64,000 nucleotides of DNA from Bacteroidota bacterium (GCA_021324685.1 JAJPIQ010000032.1:2878-66877); one strand, 5' to 3'; positions 51,257 to 60,371 are shown, numbered from the stretch's first letter. The notes: generated by a model from the sequence alone, not told the origin. A program made the numbers and translations.

Positions 51257-52817
51257 AAATTCTTTCGTAGGCTCCTTCGGCGCGCGGGCTGTTGTACCCA
51301 GCCCCGTAGCTCGACTCCGGCGGCACGTAGTCGGAGCGGCCGGCAGCCATATAGAGATAGCGAAGCGCGTCCGATTCGTCGTCGCCTTCGCCCGGAGGAT
51401 ATTCCCCCGTGGTCTTTTTCACGTCTTCCGGCCGACGATCGTCATGCTGGAGCTTTCTAATGCTACTCCAGAGAAAATGAAGATCATCGAAAATTCGAAT
51501 CTTCGGTTTCTTCTTGAGCCGCGTGACGACATTGCCGTCCCGATCGCGGTCCTCCTCCTGCTCGTAATGGAATCCTTCCAGGAGTGCCTGCCATCCAGCG
51601 ATTCGGTCGTTGTTGGCTTTTAAGAGGCGGAAGCTCCCGATCTCGTCCTCGGCGTTGTAAATCTCACCGGGTGTGCGATTCCCCTCGAGAGAACCGTCCG
51701 TTTTCCACATCGAAGGATCGCCGACCGCGACGAGGAACTTATCTAATTCGAATCCCGTCTGGGCGATCCGGTGCGCGATCCCTTCTTTATTCTGGAGTGG
51801 GGAGCGCCGGACCGCACTATAATCCATCCCGACCCATAGGGTGCCATCGAAATCGACGCGAGCGGCGATCGCCGCGCACGGGTGGGCGTAGCCCTGGTCG
51901 ACGGCAAGGAATGAGTTCCATTCCTTCGGCATTTCGAACCGCCTGACGAGGTGGACGTCGGGAACGAGGTCGTAGAACTGACCTTCGAAAACATCCCAGT
52001 GGCCGTAGAAATAAGCGTCGCGCAGCTTGGGCGGCTTTTTGTACAGCGCGTCCAGGTACTGCGCGGGGAGGGTCGGGTTGTCGATCGGAAGGGCCTGAAT
52101 AAAATAGTGCCCTTTACTGACGTACCCCGTCTCCGGATTCTTGCGCGGTTTATCGCGTTTATCCGGGTCTACGAAACGGCGACGTACCCACGCAGCGCCA
52201 ACGCCGGTAGGATTTGTAGCGCAAAGTATTGGAGAGTGTTCGATGCCTGGCCAGCGCAAGCGTGTCGCAAGAAAGTCGTACTCAGACTCTTCAATCTCGG
52301 TGACTTCATCAATCGCCGCCATCGCGAACTCGACGGATTTGTACTTATCGGGATCATCTAAATTTCGGAACTGAATAATACCGCCCCCATACTCGGGGTA
52401 GAGGCGGTATTCGTTGGACTTGCCGTGAAAATACCCGAGCCACTTGGGGAAGTGCCGCTCGATTTCTTTTAGGTGCCGATCCTCGATGGCCTTATACGTC
52501 GAGCAGAAAAGACCAACGCGCACATTCATGTGGCCTTCGGCGGCACGATCGAGAAGGAACTTTACGCAAGCCCAGCGCAGAATCCACGACTTCCCCGAAC
52601 CCATACTGCCGCCGTACAGCACGGCGTCGTACATATCCATCGCGCGCAGGAACTCGACCTGCTTCGGAAGGACGATCCGTTCGCCGGGCTTGATCTCGTA
52701 TTTCGTTCCGCCTGAATCGCGAACGAAGAGCGAGATCTTTTTTGTATTGTAGAGCGGCCAGACGAGAGACGCTAAATCAACGTTCGTCTCGCTGGTCTTC
52801 GGATTGAGAATTATCAT
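51213..52817 (-). CDS. terL: Terminase large subunit
   Basis: YGGSMGSGKS, AAIDE, ATNPTG, DNPTL, AVDQGYAHP, DDESDALRY. Confidence 0.95.
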   Translation of the reverse strand: MIILNPKTSETNVDLASLVWPLYNTKKISLFVRDSGGTKYEIKPGERIVLPKQVEFLRAMDMYDAVLYGGSMGSGKSWILRWACVKFLLDRAAEGHMNVRVGLFCSTYKAIEDRHLKEIERHFPKWLGYFHGKSNEYRLYPEYGGGIIQFRNLDDPDKYKSVEFAMAAIDEVTEIEESEYDFLATRLRWPGIEHSPILCATNPTGVGAAWVRRRFVDPDKRDKPRKNPETGYVSKGHYFIQALPIDNPTLPAQYLDALYKKPPKLRDAYFYGHWDVFEGQFYDLVPDVHLVRRFEMPKEWNSFLAVDQGYAHPCAAIAARVDFDGTLWVGMDYSAVRRSPLQNKEGIAHRIAQTGFELDKFLVAVGDPSMWKTDGSLEGNRTPGEIYNAEDEIGSFRLLKANNDRIAGWQALLEGFHYEQEEDRDRDGNVVTRLKKKPKIRIFDDLHFLWSSIRKLQHDDRRPEDVKKTTGEYPPGEGDDESDALRYLYMAAGRSDYVPPESSYGAGYNSPRAEGAYERIYEQTVYGRASIWAV

Positions 52818-53193
52818 CCGGGACGGGTTGTGGGGCGGGAACCGGAGCGCCGACGTCAGGGAGGGCGAAGTTCAGCGTCGGCTTATCTTGCTTCTTGGGG
52901 GCTTCCTGCTGGGCAGCCTTCCCCATCGTAAAGTTGATGTAATCAACTGCGGCCTGGCGCGCGACCTCGGGCTTTACCTTCGAGTCGTCGGCGATTTCGT
53001 AGAGCCGGTCGAAGCAGCGTTTCAGCTTCGTCTTCGAAATCGCGTGCAGCCGCGCCTCCTCGAAAACATCTTCGATGGTTGCGTCGGGGTCCTTGCGAGG
53101 GCGGCCGGGCCCGCGCTTGGGTGGGCCTTCGGGAGAAGGCCCTTCGTCTTCGATCGGCTCCTCGTCAAAGACAGGAGCCTCAGCGTCGCTCAT
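52777..53193 (-). CDS. Probable terminase small subunit
   Basis: Directly upstream of terL; GPGRPRK, GKAAQ; start set at ATG 53193 (TAATG overlap). Confidence 0.6.
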   Translation of the reverse strand: MSDAEAPVFDEEPIEDEGPSPEGPPKRGPGRPRKDPDATIEDVFEEARLHAISKTKLKRCFDRLYEIADDSKVKPEVARQAAVDYINFTMGKAAQQEAPKKQDKPTLNFALPDVGAPVPAPQPVPDDNSQSEDQRDER

Positions 53194-53525
53194 TACGCGG
53201 CAACGGAGAAGAGGAGCCACTCGGAGTTTTTGCCGTCGTAGATCAGACCTACGCATCCGGCGCCGGTGGTCGCGACGGTGTTACCCAACAGGTTAATTTG
53301 ATTCCCGCTCTTGGAGCTGGAACTTCCCTTGTCGGTAATCGTCATGGCGTTGGAGGTCGTGTTATACAAAATCACGATTTCGCCATCACGGCCGCTGGCA
53401 ATACCGTCGATCGAGAATGCGCCCGTCGGACCGCTGATGCGGACGAGCGACTGGTCTGCGCCGTCAATGTCGTGGTTGGCGCCGTTTGCCAGCGTAATCG
53501 TAACTGGCCGAGTTTGAAGTTTCAT
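53193..53525 (-). CDS. Small beta-rich protein
   Basis: SIDGIASGRDGEIVILYN..LIYDGKNSEW, fibre-domain-like. Confidence 0.6.
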   Translation of the reverse strand: MKLQTRPVTITLANGANHDIDGADQSLVRISGPTGAFSIDGIASGRDGEIVILYNTTSNAMTITDKGSSSSKSGNQINLLGNTVATTGAGCVGLIYDGKNSEWLLFSVAA

Positions 53526-53546
53526 TTTGGGAGGAGGAAGGTCGAG

Positions 53547-53765
53547 TTAAGAGTGGACGTTATCTTGAGGATAGCCGAAGTCGCCGTCAGCCGGCTCGCC
53601 AGCGTTGGTGTCTTCGATCGCACTTTGGGCTCCCGGCTCATCGAGCCATTCGGAGGCGCCTCGCGCAACGGTGGGAGCTGAAGCCGATATATTGAACGGA
53701 TCGACAGCTTCCTTGTGGCCGGCCGATTTTGGGACCGACACAGGGACAAGAGGGTCGTTGGACAT
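53547..53765 (-). CDS. Hypothetical acidic protein
   Basis: 72-aa ORF with ATG start in operon orientation. Confidence 0.5.
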   Translation of the reverse strand: MSNDPLVPVSVPKSAGHKEAVDPFNISASAPTVARGASEWLDEPGAQSAIEDTNAGEPADGDFGYPQDNVHS

Positions 53766-53774
53766 GGAAACTTT

Positions 53775-53806
53775 AAAAAGAAAAGGCCCCGTGAGGGCGG
53801 GGCCTG
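53775..53806 (-). terminator. Intrinsic terminator-like hairpin
   Basis: AGGCCCCG/CGGGGCCT stem followed by TTTCTTTTT on the minus strand. Confidence 0.6.
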
Positions 53807-53834
53807 GAAACTATTTCTACGACGAGAAGGGGCT

Positions 53835-54107
53835 TCATCCCGCACCCGAGTTCTTCACCCACGGCGTCCAATAGTAGCTCGGTAGAAGGTCGTCTACCTT
53901 ACCATGAAGACCGCCTTCGCGATACCGGCGATGCTCGGTCGCGCGCACGTAGGAGTCATCCCGATAAGCAGAATCGACCCAGTGCATAAGCGAGTCGTAG
54001 GAACTTGGGGCCGACGGACGCGCGTGGTGTGTGCGATGGCCGTGTAGCCGCGGCGACGAAAGAAGCGCGAAGATGAGCAATAAACTGTTCATGCTCATCC
54101 TTAACAA
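53835..54107 (-). CDS. Small exported hypothetical protein
   Basis: Hydrophobic N-terminus. Confidence 0.45.
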   Translation of the reverse strand: MLRMSMNSLLLIFALLSSPRLHGHRTHHARPSAPSSYDSLMHWVDSAYRDDSYVRATEHRRYREGGLHGKVDDLLPSYYWTPWVKNSGAG

Positions 54108-54130
54108 AAAAAATCGTGCCAGAATTACTA

Positions 54131-54694
54131 TTATTTCACCGGCTCTTTAACCGTCGTCGCAGGCGTATACTGCGGCTGGCCGGACTGTGGGTCGACCTGG
54201 AACTGATCGGGATTGCTGAACGGATCGGCGGCGATGAAGCCGGGGCGCGGCTGGACGCGGGGGGTTCCTGGCTGCGGGCGCTCATCGGCGGGGAGCGAAG
54301 CCATGTCCTGGGCGTGGGCGGCCTCCAGGACGTCGGCGTCCGAATGTAAGCCCTCGCCGAACGGGTGCGTGATGCCGCGGTCGGGATGTCCCTCGGGGAA
54401 TTCTTTGACGCCCATACCCTTCACGTCCGCGTTATCCGGATCGTAGTATTCCACGCCGGCGCCAACGGGAAGCTTTTTCTCGTCGTCAGTCATGCCGTAT
54501 CCATCCGTCCCATGCGTGCGCGTGCGTGTGCGTTCGACTTTGGGTTCCGGGGCCGGAGTAAGAACGCCGCCCTGGGGACGGGCTGGAGGGTTCCCGCCGC
54601 CGTCATAAGCTCCAGAGTCTCCGGAGTCGCCGGACGCCGGCATAGAGTTAATGTGGTCGTCGTGAGAGTAGGTCTCGAGTAAAGTACCTGGCAT
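54131..54694 (-). CDS. Low-complexity acidic protein, first gene of late arm
   Basis: 187 aa, Pro/Gly/Asp-rich. Confidence 0.6.
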   Translation of the reverse strand: MPGTLLETYSHDDHINSMPASGDSGDSGAYDGGGNPPARPQGGVLTPAPEPKVERTRTRTHGTDGYGMTDDEKKLPVGAGVEYYDPDNADVKGMGVKEFPEGHPDRGITHPFGEGLHSDADVLEAAHAQDMASLPADERPQPGTPRVQPRPGFIAADPFSNPDQFQVDPQSGQPQYTPATTVKEPVK

Positions 54695-54699
54695 TGGTA

Positions 54700-54984
54700 A
54701 AAGCTATATAGCGGAAAGAGGGGAAGAAAAGGTGGGGGACCGCACGCCTTCGAAGAATCGTGCGTATTAAATATAACCCCAAAACTCACAAAAAGAGTCC
54801 CATACTCAGGATTTCTCAGAATTCATAAAAAAAATTTGAGTAAGTCGGAACTACGCTGAGTTTGTCTGAGTTATACTCTCCGAATCGACAATATGGGCGT
54901 CGGAAACGCCGATCGTCCACAGCGGGACTTCACTTAACTAAAGACTATATGAAGCGCAAATAACCCCTGCCCCAACGACAGCGA
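54700..54984. promoter_or_regulatory. Divergent control region between late and early arms
   Basis: AT-rich gap at the strand switch with repeated CTCAG/CTGAG words. Confidence 0.5.
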
Positions 54985-55341
54985 TTGAATAGGTACGAGC
55001 GTGCAGCTCGAAGCAGGTCGCGGGTCGCTCGGCGGAAGGAAGAGTTGCGAAGGATACGGGCCGCGTTCTATCGCGCCTGCCCGTGCGGCGAAAGCGATCC
55101 TGCCTGCCTCGACTTCCACCACAAGGACCCCAGCCTCAAAGTCGCCCCGATCTCCGACATGATAACCAACTGCGTTTCGACGGAAGCGTTCCTCGCGGAG
55201 CTGAGTAAATGCGTCTGCATTTGCTCGAACTGTCATCGGAAGCACGAAGCGGAAAAGCGGGGATACCGAACGGCCGACTACACACTTAAAACCGAATTCG
55301 AGTCCGAGAGTTTCGATCACGAAAGCGAGGTGGAAGAGTAA
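54985..55341 (+). CDS. HNH endonuclease
   Basis: CPCGESDPACLDFHH..KCVCICSNCHRKHE. Confidence 0.85.
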   Translation: MNRYERAARSRSRVARRKEELRRIRAAFYRACPCGESDPACLDFHHKDPSLKVAPISDMITNCVSTEAFLAELSKCVCICSNCHRKHEAEKRGYRTADYTLKTEFESESFDHESEVEE

Positions 55342-55351
55342 CGTTTTTTTT

Positions 55352-55454
55352 GGGCGCCGTAGCTCAGTGGGTTAGAGCGTCCAGGGCCTCTGAGGGGATG
55401 GAATCGCCTCACGCCACTGGAAGGCCGCGGGTTCAAGTCCCGTCGGTGCCCCCA
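55352..55454 (+). ncRNA. tRNA-like RNA 1: anticodon loop replaced by a 32-nt hairpin
   Basis: GGGCGCCG/CGGTGCCC acceptor plus CCA, GCTC/GAGC D arm, TCCAG/CTGGA stem, GCGGG-TTCAAGT-CCCGT T arm. Confidence 0.8.
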
Positions 55455-55543
55455 GCCATAAGAAGAACGGAAGTAGTTCACGCCAACTCTCACCGGTGTG
55501 AGCATCAGTATGCAACACTCAACCCAAGGTCTCTCACCTTGGT

Positions 55544-55626
55544 GCGGGCGCCTGAAGGCAAGGCGAGGCACAGGGTTTTTCTTTCATGTTTCCCTGTACA
55601 AGCGGGTTCGATCCCCGCCGCTCGTG
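55544..55626 (+). ncRNA. tRNA-like RNA 2: 16-nt U-rich loop at the anticodon position
   Basis: GCGGGCG/CGCTCGT acceptor, ACAGGG/CCCTGT stem, GCGGG-TTCGATC-CCCGC T arm; irregular D region. Confidence 0.6.
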
Positions 55627-55628
55627 CG

Positions 55629-55847
55629 ATGAAAGTTATACGAATTAAGGGCTTAAAGAAGAAGCGGCCGCTCCGGTGGCTCGTGACGATCCCAGAGAAC
55701 CCGATGCTAACGAAAGCCATCCAGGCGACGCAGCGGACGGCGTATCGCAGGGGATACTCGCGCAAACAATCGACACAGTTCGCGCTGAACTTATTTAGCT
55801 CCGAAGTGCGGCGCGCGCTCGGGGCGCTGGAGCCAGCGACCAGCTAA
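55629..55847 (+). CDS. Small basic hypothetical protein
   Basis: MKVIRIKG...; ATG 3 nt after tRNA-like RNA 2. Confidence 0.55.
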   Translation: MKVIRIKGLKKKRPLRWLVTIPENPMLTKAIQATQRTAYRRGYSRKQSTQFALNLFSSEVRRALGALEPATS

Positions 55848-55912
55848 AGCGTGACGTTCCGGCATACGTCCCAAGCGAAGGCGTGACGACGCTTCGCTTA
55901 AAACGCCGGGTT

Positions 55913-55965
55913 GGGGTGCAGGCGGATGGGCCGGCGCGGGCGAGGTTCGAGTCCTCGGCACCTCT
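55913..55965 (+). ncRNA. tRNA-like RNA 3: 53 nt, no anticodon arm
   Basis: GGGGTGC/GCACCTC acceptor, GGC-GGATGG-GCC mini D arm, CGAGG-TTCGAGT-CCTCG T arm. Confidence 0.65.
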
Positions 55966-55973
55966 CTATTTTC

Positions 55974-55997
55974 TTTGTCAACCGAACCGTTGACAAA
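55974..55997. repeat. Inverted repeat TTTGTCAAC-N6-GTTGACAAA
   Basis: Perfect 9-bp arms containing TTGACA; operator or hairpin. Confidence 0.55.
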
Positions 55998-56034
55998 AGT
56001 TCACAAAAACCAAGCTATACATTGACAAGGTCTT

Positions 56035-56244
56035 ATGGAAAAGCGAGCGTTTAAACGGCAGATTTTACGCAACGAGGCGGCGTGCCCCAGGTGCGGGGAG
56101 GTGCTAACGTCGCATAGAGTCACCGTTATGCACCGGTGTGCCTGCGGGAACCTGTTCGTGGGCGGCGGAAAACTCCTGATCGATCGGCATAGCCACATCG
56201 GGCCGTATGTCGAAATGAGTATTTGTAAGGTAGTCCCGGCATGA
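56035..56244 (+). CDS. Small Zn-finger phage protein (DUF7695-like)
   Basis: ILRNEAACPRCGEVLTS..RCACGNLFVGGG. Confidence 0.7.
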   Translation: MEKRAFKRQILRNEAACPRCGEVLTSHRVTVMHRCACGNLFVGGGKLLIDRHSHIGPYVEMSICKVVPA

Positions 56245-56332
56245 TCGCGGTCCTACTTCTCCTTCAATGGTTCCTTCGCCGGCGCGACGAACGGGCGCTT
56301 GGGAAGAACTACGATTGGTCGGGAATCGACGT

Positions 56333-56911
56333 ATGAAACATCCACTCCTCTGCTTTATTGACCTCGAAACGACGGGGACGAACTTCGAGCGGCACGCGGT
56401 CACGCAGATCAGCGGGACGATCGCGGAGCTTATCGAGGGGAGCGTTGCGCCATCGAAGACCTTCGACTTTTTGGTGAAGTCGTTCGAGGGTGCGGAGATT
56501 TCCGAACAGGCGCTCGAGATCACGGGGAAGACGCGCGAAGACTTAGAGGGACATTCCGATGCCAATGAGGTCTATCGCGACTTCGTGAAAATACTCGGGC
56601 GCTATTGCAGCAAGTTCAACAAGACGGAAAAGTTCTGGCTCGTCGGCTACAATGCGCGGTTCGACTACGACTTCCTGCGAAAATTTTTCGAGCGCCAGGG
56701 CGATAAGTATTTCGGTTCGTGGTTCTGGTTCCCGCCGATCGACGTCATGAATATGGCGGCCGAGCGGCTGATGAAGGAACGCCACGCGATGCTGAACTTC
56801 AAGCTGGGAACCGTGGCCGATAAGCTGGGGGTCGAGGTGCCAGAGCGACTTCATGACGCGTCGGTCGACATCGCGCTCACGCGAGCTATCTACGACAAAC
56901 TAAGGCAATAA
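56333..56911 (+). CDS. DEDDh 3'-5' exonuclease (DnaQ-like)
   Basis: FIDLETTG, GYNARFD, HDASVD; start set at MKHPLL. Confidence 0.9.
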   Translation: MKHPLLCFIDLETTGTNFERHAVTQISGTIAELIEGSVAPSKTFDFLVKSFEGAEISEQALEITGKTREDLEGHSDANEVYRDFVKILGRYCSKFNKTEKFWLVGYNARFDYDFLRKFFERQGDKYFGSWFWFPPIDVMNMAAERLMKERHAMLNFKLGTVADKLGVEVPERLHDASVDIALTRAIYDKLRQ

Positions 56912-56915
56912 CCAT

Positions 56916-57419
56916 ATGACAGCACAGTATATCACGACAGCGCTTAAAAGCATTCATCTTTCGAAAGCAGAGTACGATGAGCTCGTAACAACGGCACGAA
57001 CGAGGCTGCGGGAAACAATGTCGGACGTACAGATAACACAGCCACTCGCGGACGGATTCGTTCTTGGCTATTCTATGATCGCCGGCACCGAGGTCGTGCC
57101 GCTGAGATACGCCGATCCGGACCTGATCGCGAGATACTGTGTATTCGAGACTCCGGGCGAGGTTCTGCGAGAGGCGCGGGAGCGCGAAATTCGCCGCAAA
57201 GCCAGCTTGGTGCGGAAGCGGATTTTGAAGGAGGAAGGGTTCGAAGAGTATGAACCCGGCCCGCAAGACCTCGTCTACACGGCCTCGTTTAAGCGCGGAG
57301 AGTGGGCGCCGCTGTGTGGGAGACACGATGGCGTTATTCCCTGGTACGTATTCCCCAGCAGCGCAACACGGGACCGGTTCTTTCGACTCATGGGGCCGGA
57401 ACTTAAAGACTTGGTGTGA
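56916..57419 (+). CDS. Hypothetical protein
   Basis: Tightly packed ORF in the early operon. Confidence 0.6.
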   Translation: MTAQYITTALKSIHLSKAEYDELVTTARTRLRETMSDVQITQPLADGFVLGYSMIAGTEVVPLRYADPDLIARYCVFETPGEVLREAREREIRRKASLVRKRILKEEGFEEYEPGPQDLVYTASFKRGEWAPLCGRHDGVIPWYVFPSSATRDRFFRLMGPELKDLV

Positions 57420-57943
57420 CGGAGGGATTTTATCGCGCGATCTTTTCGCGGAATTCTGTAAAATACTGGGATGAACTTTGCGCGGTCGTCCCAGACCTCA
57501 GACCCAACTTCGGAGTGCCGCAGTCGAAAGAGTGGCACCCGGAAGGCGCCGTCCATATCCATATCTGCAAAGTTATCGATGCGGCCGCGGAACCTTTAAT
57601 TCGAAGTTCCGCGCCGCTCGACCGATGCGATTATACATTCGTACTGGCCGCCCTATTCCACGACATCGGGAAGGCCGCGACGCATGAGTTTAAAAACGGC
57701 ATTCACAGCTTCCGCGACCACGAAACGAAGTCCGTCGAGATACTGCAAGACTATCACGGGCTTATCTACGGACTCGGAGTAAAGCGGTGGAGGCTCGAGG
57801 CAATCGTACGGGACCACATGCGCGCCCACAGATATATCGACGGGCGCATGACAAAGCGAAGTAAGCGGCTGGAATTTATCCAGCTCCCGCATTACGAGGA
57901 CCTTCTCAAATTCGCAAAATACGACAGACAAGGAAAGCTTTAA
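57416..57943 (+). CDS. HD-domain phosphohydrolase (resembles HD domain of CCA-adding enzymes)
   Basis: PQSKEWHPEGAVHIH, LAALFHDIGK, HETKS, HM. Confidence 0.85.
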   Translation: MTEGFYRAIFSRNSVKYWDELCAVVPDLRPNFGVPQSKEWHPEGAVHIHICKVIDAAAEPLIRSSAPLDRCDYTFVLAALFHDIGKAATHEFKNGIHSFRDHETKSVEILQDYHGLIYGLGVKRWRLEAIVRDHMRAHRYIDGRMTKRSKRLEFIQLPHYEDLLKFAKYDRQGKL

Positions 57944-57958
57944 TCAACCTAAACGACA

Positions 57959-58332
57959 ATGGGAAAGAAAAAGACATTATTGACAATAGAGCCTCTCGGC
58001 AACAACATCCCCTACATAGACGATGCGGACCTACGTATCGCCGAGTGGGAGCCGGAGGAGCTGGGTGGGCACTGCGTCAGCATAAGCGACGAAGGAATTA
58101 CCATCGGATGCCAGGGGCCCTATTCGTTGCAACAGTGGCGAGGGTGCTCGGCAGAGAACTCGCGCAGAAGAACTACCTCACCAAAGACGCCGAAGCCAAT
58201 CTCCGCTACGTATTGCCTATTTTGGTGAAGGCATTTAAGGCGCGCAAAAAAGCGATCGCCGCGTTCGAAAAAGAAATGTCGAAGACCATCGATATTCCCG
58301 CACGTCCTACCAAGAGGAAGCGTGGAGCCTGA
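57959..58332 (+). pseudogene. Apparently frameshifted hypothetical gene
   Basis: Protein-like sequence switches frame near 58141 (ITIGCQGPYSLQQWR / RVLGRELAQK). Confidence 0.5.
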
Positions 58333-58792
58333 AGCGATTATCGAAGCCGTGTGTCGTGAGTTCGAGATCACTCCAGAGGTACTCGCGGGGCCGGACCGGA
58401 CAGCACGCGTTAGTTCGGCCCGTAGTATCGCAGCGGCGCTGCTGTGCGATAACCTCAACCTCACGTTCAGGCATGTAGGCGAGATATTAAAGAGGGATCG
58501 CTCCACCATCCATACGGCCGTAAAAACCACACGCGCGAAAGCTAAAGCGCAACCCAATTTCGCTGTAACGATGAGCAATATCTTCTCCGATGCGCGCGAC
58601 GCACTTCTACCCCCAAAGGGACGCGAGGCGAAGCACGCGCGTCGAGCACGGGAGTTTTTCAGGCTCCTTCGGGAACTACCTCACCTTTCGTGGGAGCGAA
58701 AGGTGGAATTATTAGAAATCGAATTCGACGCCGTCGCTTCCGACGCCGTGCGCGAATTCGCGACGGCCACGCCGGGCCAGACGGCGCACTAA
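58322..58792 (+). CDS. DnaA C-terminal-like HTH protein
   Basis: IIEAVCREFEIT..ARSIA..VGEILKRDRSTIHTAV. Confidence 0.8.
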   Translation: MEPEAIIEAVCREFEITPEVLAGPDRTARVSSARSIAAALLCDNLNLTFRHVGEILKRDRSTIHTAVKTTRAKAKAQPNFAVTMSNIFSDARDALLPPKGREAKHARRAREFFRLLRELPHLSWERKVELLEIEFDAVASDAVREFATATPGQTAH

Positions 58793-58808
58793 CACAACCA
58801 CTACTTTA

Positions 58809-59141
58809 ATGCTAAAAACAGTATTCGGGGCCCTGGGCGTCATCGCAGTTCTCCTCGCCCTTACGTGGCTCGCTCAGGGCAATGAGTTTTTTATGTACAA
58901 AGTCTTTGCGCCGGCTCGGGAGAACGTGCGGCGCGAGGTTTTTGAGAATACGAAGTCATACAACCAGGGGATGGTCCAGCAAATCCGCGGGTACATGGCT
59001 TCCTACGCGCAGGCGGACTCGTCCCAAAAGGACGCGCTCGCCTCCGTCATCGTCCACGAAACGGCAGACTACGACGAAACAAAGCTTCCCGCCGACTGCC
59101 AGACCTTCATTGCTCAACTTAGACAGAAACAACTCCAATGA
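58809..59141 (+). CDS. Phage membrane protein
   Basis: N-terminal TM helix; FAPARENVRREVFENTKSYNQG. Confidence 0.75.
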   Translation: MLKTVFGALGVIAVLLALTWLAQGNEFFMYKVFAPARENVRREVFENTKSYNQGMVQQIRGYMASYAQADSSQKDALASVIVHETADYDETKLPADCQTFIAQLRQKQLQ

Positions 59142-59635
59142 AATACGCCTTTATTTTACTACTCGCTATCTTCTGCGCCTCGTGCAGCCGGAACTCGTCT
59201 TCAGACGACGTTCAGCGCCAGCAACAAGAAAAGCTGTTAGCCGAGGGAACTGCTCAGACCGGAATGCCGGCGATCAAAAACTTCCGGGAGCGGAAGATGC
59301 TGAAGGATATTCTGGAGCTTCGCGACCAGAATGGACTGACGACGTACACGTATCTCTATAACGAGATGCAGGGGAAACTCGTATTTTTCGGGGAGACGAT
59401 CGGCTACGGGATTCCTTACGCCACAGAGTACACCAGCCCAGAGAAAGACGCGTACTACACGACAAGTTCAACCGTCCACATCACGCTCCCGCAGGCCGAC
59501 CCGAACGGGCTTTTTGCTCCGTCGAGCGCCGAGGGGACGTGGGTGTTACTTAAAAACCCCAACGGTAAAGACGTGCAGCCCGTCTACGTCGAGCCACGGA
59601 TCATCGTCAGTCCCTTCCGGCTCGACCTGAACTAA
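59138..59635 (+). CDS. Phage lipoprotein
   Basis: Signal peptide with lipobox-like CASC; GYGIPYAT, QADPNGLF, YVEP. Confidence 0.75.
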   Translation: MKYAFILLLAIFCASCSRNSSSDDVQRQQQEKLLAEGTAQTGMPAIKNFRERKMLKDILELRDQNGLTTYTYLYNEMQGKLVFFGETIGYGIPYATEYTSPEKDAYYTTSSTVHITLPQADPNGLFAPSSAEGTWVLLKNPNGKDVQPVYVEPRIIVSPFRLDLN

Positions 59636-59782
59636 CCATCACGAATAATTGCGCGAGACATGGGGTGTGAGCCGCACCCCTTGGCACGTCGCGCTAAAAA
59701 TTATGGAAATGATACAGGAATTTCTTGGCGGCTTCTTCCTCGGGGTGATCCTTGTGGTGGTAATCCGGTGGAGGGAGATACG

Positions 59783-59992
59783 ATGAAGCCGAAGCTCCAA
59801 TACAAAATTAATGGGAAGTGGTACGATGCGCGCGACGTCGCCACCGTCGCGGGCGGCGAGGCGGACGAGGTGAGCTACGCCGTTGTCAATGGCGACTCTA
59901 ACCACCACGTCATCGAAGACACGCGCCACGCTTTTTATTGTAACTGCGAAGGGCAGTGTAAGGGACACAAACACGGAGTAATAGTTCCATGA
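59783..59992 (+). CDS. Small Cys/His protein (SWIM-like)
   Basis: FYCNCEGQCKGHKH. Confidence 0.45.
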   Translation: MKPKLQYKINGKWYDARDVATVAGGEADEVSYAVVNGDSNHHVIEDTRHAFYCNCEGQCKGHKHGVIVP

Positions 59993-60360
59993 AAAAGAAA
60001 AAGAGAATGCCGCTTATGACCCCGGAGCAGCGATCGTCATTTATCGATGCGCTAAGAAGCGGGAGATATAAACAGGGGCGCGGGATGATGATTAGCCTCG
60101 ACGGCCAGCGGCTTTGCTGCCTCGGCGTCCTTTGCAAAATCAACCACATTGCGCTTGGGAACGTCAACGACTGCGTCAGCGACGAGCGCGCGAACGCATA
60201 CGAATACGTGAAGAGCCTCCTGGGCGATGCGTGGTCAGACCTCCTCCACGCGAATGACAAGCAGTCACTTTCTTTTAACGAGATCGCGGACATCGTCGAA
60301 GGGCCGGCATTCACGCGTGCACTAAGTACCGCGATCCGAGACGACGACGATGACGAGTAA
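59989..60360 (+). CDS. Phage hypothetical protein
   Basis: ALRSGRYKQG..CCLGVLC..ND..SFNEIADIVE. Confidence 0.75.
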   Translation: MKKKKRMPLMTPEQRSSFIDALRSGRYKQGRGMMISLDGQRLCCLGVLCKINHIALGNVNDCVSDERANAYEYVKSLLGDAWSDLLHANDKQSLSFNEIADIVEGPAFTRALSTAIRDDDDDE

Positions 60361-60371
60361 AATAATTCTAA

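Noticed and set aside
55350-55628. 5' part of the 165-aa ORF 55350-55847
   Set aside because: It is a translation of the tRNA-like elements; ATG 55629 is more plausible.
55990-56025. Sigma-70 promoter at TTGACA
   Set aside because: No good -10 element at 16-18 nt spacing; kept only as an inverted repeat.
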